The notes under the pieces were generated by a model. The model ran no database searches and was not told the DNA's origin. It worked only from the letters and a program-made list of their open reading frames with translations. A stretch of 64,000 nucleotides of DNA, taken from the IMG/VR virus record IMGVR_UViG_3300008261_000005, one strand, 5' to 3'. A program made the translations under genes and the position numbers. The stretch comes from a virus. Shown piece by piece: positions 10,217 through 19,219 of the stretch (within the stretch, counting starts at the first letter, position 1; the number at the start of each line of letters is the position of its first letter).

Positions 10217-13200
10217 ATGACAACAAGAATTAAACTACGCCGTGACACAGCGGCAAACTGGACACAAACTAATCCCGTACTAGCCGCCGGCGAACCAGGA
10301 TTAGAAACAGATACTGGCAAGGTCAAGTATGGTAATGGCACCAGTACTTGGTCACAGTTGAGTTATGGTGGTGGTGGAGCCGCAAGTCTTACAGACGAAG
10401 GCAATGTTGTAATCACAGCAGGCTCAACAGAGCATTGGATTGCCACACAGCGTAGCGAAGAAGGAAACACCACTCCCAATGCCCTGCGTTATGACAGCCT
10501 GGGTAATCTTTACTCATTGACTCGAACTGATGAAGATAATGACAATTACTCTATAGCAGTTCTTACCAAATACACAGCCACTGGCACCGTGGCCTGGCAA
10601 AAATCATTCAGTGAGTATTATCCAGTAGCATTGGCCGTAGACAGTTCAGATCGTGCTTACATTACTCTTAACGAAGACGGGCCTCGTGTCACTGTGATGC
10701 AGTTTTTTTCAGTGGTTGATGGTGGTCTAGGACCTAGCATAGTGTTAATAATGGAAATCAGCATCACTGATGGCTCAGTGCTGTTGAAAAAATCCTTACA
10801 GTTGCCCGTAACAGATCTTGTGGTTGTTACAGGTATCGACGTTGACCCTGATGAGAATGTTTTTGTCACTGGTTATTACAACGACACCAATGCTGGTATT
10901 GACAAGATGTTCATTGAAAAACTAGATGAAGATCTAGCGGAGGTGTGGAGCAAGAGTTTAGAAGCACCTGACAACTATGACATGTACGGGGGTGACTGTG
11001 CCAGTGACGCACTGGGCAATATCTATGTGGTAGGTACTTATGAAGTTAAAACTACAAATAGTGATATCAATAACACTCCAGAAGCTTCTGCTGGTATATT
11101 GACCAAACTGAACTCAAGTGGTGCAGTACAATGGACACGCAGACTTGGCCCAGGACCTTGCGGCAGTTGGATCGCAGGATTGACAGCCACTGCCACAGGC
11201 GATGTTTATCTATCATCAGTGACATTTGCCAAGAAAACAGGCCCAATACCCGATGTTCCAGAAAATGGATTAGAAGGTCTTGGACAGAACAAGATGATTG
11301 TGGCTCGCTATGACACACAGGGTGCGGTGATTTGGCAACGCTACGTTGATGTGGCTCACTTAGAAGAAGAGGAACCTAATCAAGGTCCCACCGTCCGTGG
11401 CCAGGCCATAGCAGTATTTGAGGACAAGTTTGCAGTAGACGGTTATGGAGAAAGTTGGAATACTACACCGTTCGACAACGGCAGTTCAGCAGACGACGAA
11501 TACGATTACTTTGTGGTACAGTTGCCCACAGCAGGCACAGACTTGACCATTGGTGGTTTACACTTCACAGAAAGTCGTGTGCCAGGACGCTTTGTTACCC
11601 ACACTACCAGCGACAGTCCTCTAACTCATGAAAACTGGGATGGAACTATTACCGCAACAAATTCCACACTGGTACCAGACGCCGACACCACTGTGGCCAA
11701 CAGCCTAGTACAGAGCGAAACTTATCAGTATACATTTGGTGCTGACGGTACACTGACAATCCCCAATGACGGCGATTTACGACTAACACAGACGCAGGTA
11801 GGTTGGTTTATCGGCCTAGACAGCCGTCCCAGCAATGACGACATCGAAGGCGATTGCGTTGCGGTTGACTCACAGGGCTACAGTTATATAGGTGGCGAAG
11901 AAGACGACAGTGACGATATATTTGTAATGAAGGTCAGTCCTGAAGGTGAAAGACTATGGAGCGTGACCGTTTATGAAGATGCCAACGGCGACGATGGTAA
12001 TATAACCGCCCTCAAAATTCATCCCGTCACAGGCAACATCATGGCATTGGGTTGGGTTTACGGCACCTATACCTACAGCGTGTTATACACTTTAGATCAA
12101 GATACTGGTCGTCTTTTAAATGTTACAGAATTCAAAGACAGTGACGCTGATGTCGAGTTAAACACCATTGCCTGGACCAGCGACGGAGCCTATGTGGTAG
12201 GTGGTAGAAAAATGGGCGAGTTCAGTGCAGAGTTTCCTGTAGTCCCACAAACAGGCAGCGGTGTAGGCACTATTGTGATTTTAAGAAGTGCTGTTCCAGA
12301 AGTTGAGTATATCAATGACGAATGGCAGATTGGCGGAACTGGTATTTCGCCGTTCCAAACTGTTAACTTTTCGGAACGCTACACTGGATTGACTGGTACA
12401 ACACGAGAAGGTTCAGGTGCTGACTTCACCGTCACTGACAATGGTAATGGAACTTACACTGCTCAGGCCGCCCTTGCTGGTACAAACTATCTACCAGGAC
12501 ACAAGATCAAGATTTTAGGTACTGATCTTGGCGGTGCTACACCCGCTAACGATTGTACTATCACAATAGACACAATAACCCTAAGTGGTGGTATTGTCGA
12601 CGTAAGCAATTCCGGAACAGCCGCCGGTACTGAAATACATGTATATTCTGTATCGGGTACTAACTTTGAAGTAGGTTCTGGACTTACCTTTACAATACAA
12701 GGACCGTTCATCGACAACGATTACGGCAGCAATTTTAATATCACTTCTCAAGGTAGTAACTATGTCAATGGCGATGTTATTACTGTTCTAGGTACAAGCC
12801 TGGGCGGTGCTAGCCCAGCCAACAATATGACTTTTACTCTTTTTGTGGACAATGGTCAAGTTCAATATGTATACGATGTTGCAGGCACAAGTCAATCAAC
12901 AACTTGGAAGATAGAAACAACTGCACAAGTTGACTTTAGTGCCGCAGGTAGTTGGTCAGTGACCTACTCACGAGACAATGACTGTGTGCTGATTACTCCT
13001 ACTTGGCAGCGTACATTTGGTACAGCAAAAGAAAAGTTTGATGAAATAATTACACTGACAGTGGACAGTCAAGACAATATCATTGCGACAGGTGATGGAT
13101 ATGGAGAATTGGCAGCGAACAATTTTGATGATCTATCAGTGGTCTACAAGTTCAACAGCACAGGCACATTACAATGGGCTCGTCAACTCAACGGTGGAAA

Positions 13201-14263
13201 CGACGATCACGAAGGACATAGTGTAGTAACCATTGGCACAGACATATATGTTGTAGACGAAAACGACGAAGGTGATTCTTTTGTCAGCAAGTTGGACAGT
13301 GCAGGTACAGTCAAGTGGCAGAGACGCATTGAAGGTCAGGATATAACCATTGCCCGTACACCAGACGGAAATCTATTAGTAGCAGCTGAAGAAAGCTCAG
13401 ACAATCCTACCACAACCGGCGACAGTGCTATTAAAATATTCCTACTAACACCCGCAGGAGAAACTGTTTGGAAGCGTTGGCTGTCTCCTAACATTGAATA
13501 TGATGCTTACATTGGCAGTTCTGGTGAGTGTCTAGTCACAGACATGCACAGTTTCTATATTACGGGACGTAACTATGACGACAATAATAATTGGGCTTGG
13601 GCTGCTCGCTTGCCTCTAGATGGCACGGGCACAGGCGAGTATGGACAGTTCTACTACACAGATGTCAATTCAGATACTAACGATCTCAGCGACATCAACT
13701 ATAGTATTGATGTTGTTGATATAGCGGACTCGAATAACTATGCTGGCCTATTAGGAGACAGCACTGATCCATTGATCAAAACCACGCCCACAGTGACTGT
13801 GACTACTAACAACACTAGCGACTATGACGTTGACGGCTACTATCCACCAATAGTCGTAGAAATTGTACGTGACACAGACGGCGGCAACATGGTGTTTGCC
13901 GATGGTACCAAGCAGAATACTTCAGCCACAGACATTCCACAGAGACTGTTCAATGGTGTAGCATATACGCTGGGTATGGGGGATCGCGGACATCACATTC
14001 TTTGTACTGACGACCTTGAAAGCATTCGTATTCCCTACAATGCTCGTGTAGAGTTTCCCGTAGGCACAGTGATTACCATTGTGAATCCCCGAGGTAATAG
14101 TGTGGCTATCAACACAGAAGGCGGCAGTATACAAGTGCTGATTCCTGGTGATGATAATTACTCAAACGGTGGCAATTTTGATTTGTTTGCCTACGGTATG
14201 GCCACGCTGTTAAAGATTGGCACGGATTCGTGGGTGATCTCTGGCAATGTTGCACCAGATTAA
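10217..14263 (+). CDS. Tail fibre/adhesin: Mtd-N/hyaluronidase-like N-terminus plus two acidic beta-propeller regions
   Basis: 'TRIKLRRDTAANWTQTNPVLAAGEPGLETDTGKVKYGNG' N-terminal motif; repeated 'AVDSxGNxY...KLxSxGxxxWxR' blades. Confidence 0.7.
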   Translation: MTTRIKLRRDTAANWTQTNPVLAAGEPGLETDTGKVKYGNGTSTWSQLSYGGGGAASLTDEGNVVITAGSTEHWIATQRSEEGNTTPNALRYDSLGNLYSLTRTDEDNDNYSIAVLTKYTATGTVAWQKSFSEYYPVALAVDSSDRAYITLNEDGPRVTVMQFFSVVDGGLGPSIVLIMEISITDGSVLLKKSLQLPVTDLVVVTGIDVDPDENVFVTGYYNDTNAGIDKMFIEKLDEDLAEVWSKSLEAPDNYDMYGGDCASDALGNIYVVGTYEVKTTNSDINNTPEASAGILTKLNSSGAVQWTRRLGPGPCGSWIAGLTATATGDVYLSSVTFAKKTGPIPDVPENGLEGLGQNKMIVARYDTQGAVIWQRYVDVAHLEEEEPNQGPTVRGQAIAVFEDKFAVDGYGESWNTTPFDNGSSADDEYDYFVVQLPTAGTDLTIGGLHFTESRVPGRFVTHTTSDSPLTHENWDGTITATNSTLVPDADTTVANSLVQSETYQYTFGADGTLTIPNDGDLRLTQTQVGWFIGLDSRPSNDDIEGDCVAVDSQGYSYIGGEEDDSDDIFVMKVSPEGERLWSVTVYEDANGDDGNITALKIHPVTGNIMALGWVYGTYTYSVLYTLDQDTGRLLNVTEFKDSDADVELNTIAWTSDGAYVVGGRKMGEFSAEFPVVPQTGSGVGTIVILRSAVPEVEYINDEWQIGGTGISPFQTVNFSERYTGLTGTTREGSGADFTVTDNGNGTYTAQAALAGTNYLPGHKIKILGTDLGGATPANDCTITIDTITLSGGIVDVSNSGTAAGTEIHVYSVSGTNFEVGSGLTFTIQGPFIDNDYGSNFNITSQGSNYVNGDVITVLGTSLGGASPANNMTFTLFVDNGQVQYVYDVAGTSQSTTWKIETTAQVDFSAAGSWSVTYSRDNDCVLITPTWQRTFGTAKEKFDEIITLTVDSQDNIIATGDGYGELAANNFDDLSVVYKFNSTGTLQWARQLNGGNDDHEGHSVVTIGTDIYVVDENDEGDSFVSKLDSAGTVKWQRRIEGQDITIARTPDGNLLVAAEESSDNPTTTGDSAIKIFLLTPAGETVWKRWLSPNIEYDAYIGSSGECLVTDMHSFYITGRNYDDNNNWAWAARLPLDGTGTGEYGQFYYTDVNSDTNDLSDINYSIDVVDIADSNNYAGLLGDSTDPLIKTTPTVTVTTNNTSDYDVDGYYPPIVVEIVRDTDGGNMVFADGTKQNTSATDIPQRLFNGVAYTLGMGDRGHHILCTDDLESIRIPYNARVEFPVGTVITIVNPRGNSVAINTEGGSIQVLIPGDDNYSNGGNFDLFAYGMATLLKIGTDSWVISGNVAPD

Positions 14264-14272
14264 GGAATCGAG

Positions 14273-16417
14273 ATGCCCATATCACAAATATTATTAACCA
14301 GCAGTAGCAGCGGCGGTGGCGGTCCTTCTATTAACTTCTACGGTTGGTCAGCGGTGATGAATGAAGGGTCAACTAATACCGCAACTGTAGACTTTCAAAA
14401 TTATCCGCCAACTACTATATATTGGCAGATTGTGAATGATAGCACAGCGAACGCTGACTGGGTCACTGCTGAACCTAATGGAATGCCATTAGGATCTACA
14501 CAAATAGAGGGTACTGGTCAATGGTCTTTTAGTTGGACTGCCGCAGGGGATCTCACTACTGAAGGTGACCAGACTTATTATCTAAATGTGGGCACGGCGC
14601 TGGGCGGCAACGATCTCGGCAACTTTTTGTTGACTATCACTGACACCAGTCAAACACCAGAGCCAACATACACACTAACACCTGCCGCCGACAACGTTGA
14701 TGAAGGCAGCAGTTTAGAATTCACAGTTGGTGGAACTAATATCCCCAACGGCATTTATTATTGGACTGTGAACGGCAGCGGCGACTTTAGCACCGTAGAT
14801 GGAACAATTACCATTACAAATAGTAGTGCGTCATTCACAGTGACACCCACTGCTGATGCCGCAACCGAAGGAGAAGAAACATTTACAGCCCGTCTGCGTT
14901 CAGGTAGTATTACCGGAACCATATTAGCAACCAGTGATCCAGTTACCATCAATGACACAAGTCTTGATCCACCAGAGCCAACTTATCAAATAGCACCTAG
15001 AGCCAACAATGTCAATGAAGGCAGTAGTTTAATAATTGATGTAAGCGGAACTAATATTCCCGACGACACTTATTTTTGGACCGTAGAAACCCTTGCCAGT
15101 GATTTTGGTACAAGCAGTGGCGAAGTAGAAATTACCAATAACGCAGGTTCATTTACAGTAACACCTGATGCCGATGCTACCACTGAGGGTAGTGAAACAT
15201 TTACAGTCAGTCTTCGATCAGGCAGCATCACTGGTACAGTATTAGCAACCACCGACAATGACATTACCATCAATGACACCAGTCTTGATCCAGAGCCACC
15301 GTTTAGTTTACAGTTTAATCAACCTCAAGGAGATTATCTATCAACACCTGCCAGCACCGACTGGAACTTGGGCACATCTTGGACCATAGAGTTCTGGTTA
15401 AACGCCAATCGTTCAGGTGATGGCAGCGCAAATATGACTGGCGGCATATGGGGCTTGTTAAATCAAGAAGGTTGGGCCGCAACTAATGCTATAAACATAT
15501 CAATAAGTGACAGCAAATTAGTTGTTGGTCAAGGCGCTCAATATGACGATGTACGATACACTGAACCTACTCCAGCGCAATGGACACACGTGGCCATTGT
15601 CAACGACGCAGGCACACAGAAAGTATTCTATAATGGTGTTGAGCAGACTAAAGTTTCAGGAACATTTGGCACAGCCAACTATACTAACTCTACAGACAGT
15701 TTAGCCATAGGTAATATAAGCGGTGGCAACAACAGTTTTGATGGCAAGATGGCCATGGTTAGAATCAGTAACACGGCCAAGTATGCCGCGGCATTTACTT
15801 CCACAGTGACTTATGGTGTTGAATCAGATACTCGATTGTTCTTGGACTTGGGTTACCCGTTATCTGATACATCTTATTATGAGTTGAATAATGTGGCGTT
15901 GTCCGCCAGTAATGGTGGCCAACTGTATTTTTCTAAATCAACATATCCTAATTTAGATAAACAAGTTCGAGTAGGCAATACCGTAACAAATACTAGCGAT
16001 TCTACAACTTCATTAATCACCGCAGCAGTATTCACAGCAGATCCCGATAATTGGGGAATAAATATTTCACCTCCCCTAAGTGTTGCGGGAGCAGTAAACT
16101 TCACTGGTGCTAGACATACTATCGTCAACAACGGTACAACTGTGAGTGAAGAGTTCCCGAACACATTCACTGGATTGGTACATCCTTATGGTGGCGGCAC
16201 CTTTGGCACTACATACTGTCTTGCAGATAATCCTAGACTTGCTGAGGCTACGGCCATACCAGTCGGTGCTAGAATAACCAGCAACATAGCAGGCTTTGGC
16301 ACTAGAACTGTGACAGGAAATCAGTCAGACGGTGACGGTGGCAGAATCATAACATACGATCATACCGGGTTAACTGGCAACACCAGCACGTCACATGTGT
16401 TTAACTTCTACTGGTAA
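14273..16417 (+). CDS. Virion adhesin with tandem Ig/Calx-beta-like repeats and a LamG/concanavalin-like domain
   Basis: Near-duplicate ~105-aa units (PEPTY...NVxEGSS...GTNIP...YxWT...FTVTPxADAxTEGxETFT..LRSGSITGT.LA); 'WTIEFW...WTHVAIV...VFYNG...FDGKMAMVRISNTAKY' LamG pattern. Confidence 0.7.
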   Translation: MPISQILLTSSSSGGGGPSINFYGWSAVMNEGSTNTATVDFQNYPPTTIYWQIVNDSTANADWVTAEPNGMPLGSTQIEGTGQWSFSWTAAGDLTTEGDQTYYLNVGTALGGNDLGNFLLTITDTSQTPEPTYTLTPAADNVDEGSSLEFTVGGTNIPNGIYYWTVNGSGDFSTVDGTITITNSSASFTVTPTADAATEGEETFTARLRSGSITGTILATSDPVTINDTSLDPPEPTYQIAPRANNVNEGSSLIIDVSGTNIPDDTYFWTVETLASDFGTSSGEVEITNNAGSFTVTPDADATTEGSETFTVSLRSGSITGTVLATTDNDITINDTSLDPEPPFSLQFNQPQGDYLSTPASTDWNLGTSWTIEFWLNANRSGDGSANMTGGIWGLLNQEGWAATNAINISISDSKLVVGQGAQYDDVRYTEPTPAQWTHVAIVNDAGTQKVFYNGVEQTKVSGTFGTANYTNSTDSLAIGNISGGNNSFDGKMAMVRISNTAKYAAAFTSTVTYGVESDTRLFLDLGYPLSDTSYYELNNVALSASNGGQLYFSKSTYPNLDKQVRVGNTVTNTSDSTTSLITAAVFTADPDNWGINISPPLSVAGAVNFTGARHTIVNNGTTVSEEFPNTFTGLVHPYGGGTFGTTYCLADNPRLAEATAIPVGARITSNIAGFGTRTVTGNQSDGDGGRIITYDHTGLTGNTSTSHVFNFYW

Positions 16418-16858
16418 TTGATGTTTGAACAACGCAGGCTGGCAGTTGACGCAGGGCTGGCAGAACTGATCCAGGAACAGCGTGGATTGGACTATAGACG
16501 CAGATACGGCGCAGGCTGGCAGAGTATAGGGTATACTGGTCAGCCTTTTCCATGGTTTGAATCAACATATAGGGCAGTTGAAGCAGAAGCGGGTAGTATA
16601 GACACATGGTGGTTTAATGCGAACCTACAGGGCGAAGGCACGGGTTGGCATAGTCACAGCCAGTGGGCTAGAGTAGGTGTGCTGTATGTACAGGTTCCTG
16701 CGGGTGTTATAGAGTTCAAGCAGGGTGAAGCATATTGGACAGAGAGTCCTCGAGCAGGTGATTTACTGGTATTTCCTGGTAGTTTAGAACATAGAGTAAG
16801 ACCCAACACCAGCCAGGCAGTTAGGATCAGTATAGCATTCAACTTTAAGAAACGCTAA
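16418..16858 (+). CDS. 2OG-Fe(II) oxygenase (TIGR02466-like)
   Basis: H-x-H (WHSH), 'GDLLVFPGSLEHRV' and terminal 'RISIAFNF' motifs; start may be the ATG at 16421. Confidence 0.75.
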   Translation: MMFEQRRLAVDAGLAELIQEQRGLDYRRRYGAGWQSIGYTGQPFPWFESTYRAVEAEAGSIDTWWFNANLQGEGTGWHSHSQWARVGVLYVQVPAGVIEFKQGEAYWTESPRAGDLLVFPGSLEHRVRPNTSQAVRISIAFNFKKR

Positions 16859-16861
16859 ATA
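16854..16861 (+). promoter_or_regulatory. T4-like late promoter GCTAAATA
   Basis: Overlaps the oxygenase stop codon, directly upstream of 16880. Confidence 0.55.
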
Positions 16862-16879
16862 TACTAAAGAGATCAGAAC

Positions 16880-17587
16880 ATGCCAATTCAAACAATTTTA
16901 ATAGGTAACTACGCAAACGACGGGTCAGGCGATGATTTACGCACGGCATTTGAAAAGGTCAATGCTAATTTTGCTACTTTTAGTTCAGAAGCTATTGTTA
17001 ACGGTTCATATGTAGTTTCATTGGATTCCAATGGCAACTTGGTCATTCCAGGAACAATCAAAAGCAGCGGCCCTGTAAAAATTATTGCTGGTGGTGATGC
17101 ATTGAACCCCAATATCAATTATGTACAAATGCAATGGGCCAGTGATGTGGATAATCCAGATACTGGAAAAAATCAATATGTTTGGGCAGACACTGATGGC
17201 GTACATATCAATACTTCACTGTTTGGTACAGAAGGAGCCATATACGATAACCGTTGGTGGTTCAAGAATACTGGAATTTTAGAATTACCAAGTTTGGCTC
17301 AATTGGTGCCTTCAGAACCTGGTAACATAGATTTAAAAGCTGGTCCGGGTGGTTGGGCAGAGCTTGCTTCAAATAATGATGGTCAATTTGTTTGGGTAAC
17401 TGATGCAGCAGTTTACATTGGAACTGATTGTTTGAATACTCCTCGCATATGGCAATTTGGATTAGATGGTTCATTGACATTCCCAGATGGGTCAGTTCAA
17501 TTAACCGCTGGCGGAGCTGGAAGTGATTTAGACTTTGGCTCGTTTACAGTGCCAAGCACATACGATTTTGATCTTGGATCATTTTAA
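16880..17587 (+). CDS. Short tail fibre/adaptor with gp10/gp9-like N-terminal anchor
   Basis: 'ILIGNYANDGSGDDLRTAFEKVNANF' shared with the 6115 ORF; 'WQFGLDGSLTFPDG' shaft repeat. Confidence 0.6.
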   Translation: MPIQTILIGNYANDGSGDDLRTAFEKVNANFATFSSEAIVNGSYVVSLDSNGNLVIPGTIKSSGPVKIIAGGDALNPNINYVQMQWASDVDNPDTGKNQYVWADTDGVHINTSLFGTEGAIYDNRWWFKNTGILELPSLAQLVPSEPGNIDLKAGPGGWAELASNNDGQFVWVTDAAVYIGTDCLNTPRIWQFGLDGSLTFPDGSVQLTAGGAGSDLDFGSFTVPSTYDFDLGSF

Positions 17588-17605
17588 GGATTAGGGGAAT
17601 AATAA

Positions 17606-19180
17606 ATGGCATTACAAATTAGACGCGGTACTGAAGCGCAAAGATTAGCATTATCAGGTGTAGACGTTCCTTCACAAGGCGAACTGTTATACACAACAGA
17701 TACTAAAAAACTGTACATTGGTGATGGTGTTAGTGCTGGCGGACAAGATGCTGGATACTTTTCTTCACTGGCAGTTGCTGGACAGGACGCAGTGTTATCA
17801 TCTGGTGACAATAACGTATTAACAGTTGTTGCTGGCACAAATATCACATTAACTACCAATGACAATACTAATTCATTAACAATTGATGGGCCGGCAAACT
17901 TTAACGGTGGAACCATTGCTGCATTGGCAATAGGTGAAGCTTGGGCCGCCAATCCAACAACTTCTGTTGTGGACATTGAAGGCACTGGAAATAGATTAAT
18001 GCGTATGGCCGTAAACATGTCAACTTATGACAATGACGTAAGCCCAGTTATTCAAATTGCTGCTTATAGGGCCGCGCCCGCTAACAATAATGCTGGACCA
18101 ATGATTGAATTTAGACAATCAACCGTAACAGGATTGGACGAGGTCATAGCAAATATTAGATCAGTTGTTACTAATGTTGCCGATAATGCAGAATCTGGCA
18201 AATTGGTATTTGGAGTTGTTGACGCTGCCAACGTTGTTTCCATTGATGCAACAGGGGTTGTTGGCAATTTAACTGGAGATGTCACTGGTGATTTAAAAGG
18301 CAGTGTATTTGCTGATGATTCCAGTATGTTGGTTGATGCTATTAACGGAAACTTTTTTGGAAATTTAAATGGCAACGTAACTGGCAACGTAACTGGCAAC
18401 GTAACTGGAATTTTAACTGGCCATGTAATTGGTAGCGTGTTTTCCGACGATTCTACAGTATTAGTAGATGGACCATCTGGAGTGCTTAGAGGTGAACACA
18501 TTGGTATACTAACTGGTGATGTGTATGGTAGATTAATAACATCGCAATTAGAAATTGTAAATAACGCCATTGTTTCAAGATCTGGCAATGATTCCATATC
18601 CATGAATCCATCTGGAACTGGAGCAGTTAATATTTCCAGTAACTTAATAACTAATGGTCTTCAGATATTTGGACCATCAACTGACGGATCAAGTGGTGAC
18701 GGATCAATTACTGTAATCTCGCAATCTGTTACTGCATCACCATTAAGATTATTGGAAATACACAATACTCCACTTGGTACAGGTGGGGCTGTATTTGGTA
18801 GAGCTAGGGGTACAATTGTTACTCAAACTACTGTGCAAAATAATGACAGTATTAAAAACTTGATTTTTGCTGGGCACGACGGGACTGATTATAGGTCGTC
18901 TTCAATGATTACTGGTCTAGTTGATGGTACAGTGAGTGCCGGCTATGTTCCAGGAAGATTGGTATTTTCAACAGTTCACACTGATGGTAATCAGCTAACT
19001 AGACTGACCGTTAGTTCAACTGCTATAACTGGAACAGTTCCATTCCAAGTAGTAACTTATGCCGATGCCACTGCTCGTAATACGGCTATTACAAGCCCAG
19101 CGGCAGGTATGATTGTATTCTTAACTGGTACTAGCAAGTTTAGCGGATACAACGGTTCTACATGGGATAACTTAAATTAA
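17606..19180 (+). CDS. Tail fibre-like protein with Mtd-N-like start and G-N-[VL]-T repeats
   Basis: 'LQIRRGTEAQR...GELLYTTDTKKLYIGDG'; GNLTGDVTGDLKGSVFADDS duplicated. Confidence 0.65.
   Translation: MALQIRRGTEAQRLALSGVDVPSQGELLYTTDTKKLYIGDGVSAGGQDAGYFSSLAVAGQDAVLSSGDNNVLTVVAGTNITLTTNDNTNSLTIDGPANFNGGTIAALAIGEAWAANPTTSVVDIEGTGNRLMRMAVNMSTYDNDVSPVIQIAAYRAAPANNNAGPMIEFRQSTVTGLDEVIANIRSVVTNVADNAESGKLVFGVVDAANVVSIDATGVVGNLTGDVTGDLKGSVFADDSSMLVDAINGNFFGNLNGNVTGNVTGNVTGILTGHVIGSVFSDDSTVLVDGPSGVLRGEHIGILTGDVYGRLITSQLEIVNNAIVSRSGNDSISMNPSGTGAVNISSNLITNGLQIFGPSTDGSSGDGSITVISQSVTASPLRLLEIHNTPLGTGGAVFGRARGTIVTQTTVQNNDSIKNLIFAGHDGTDYRSSSMITGLVDGTVSAGYVPGRLVFSTVHTDGNQLTRLTVSSTAITGTVPFQVVTYADATARNTAITSPAAGMIVFLTGTSKFSGYNGSTWDNLN
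18371..18406 (+). repeat. 12-bp tandem repeat (GGCAACGTAACT)x3 encoding GNVT
   Basis: Directly visible, in-frame coding repeat. Confidence 0.9.
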
Positions 19181-19193
19181 TGTATACTCCCTT

Positions 19194-19201
19194 GATAAAT
19201 A
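19194..19201 (+). promoter_or_regulatory. T4-like late promoter GATAAATA
   Basis: Intergenic, upstream of the ATG at 19220. Confidence 0.6.
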
Positions 19202-19219
19202 TTGTATCGAGGGCGAAGC

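Noticed and set aside
10680-10760. Possible deletion or assembly join in the first propeller (T7 run then abrupt 'FFSVVDGGLGPS')
   Set aside because: The reading frame stays open and there are no homologs or reads to compare
10217-19180. Diversity-generating retroelement suggested by Mtd-N-like N-termini
   Set aside because: No reverse transcriptase and no TR/VR repeat pair differing at adenines seen in the window
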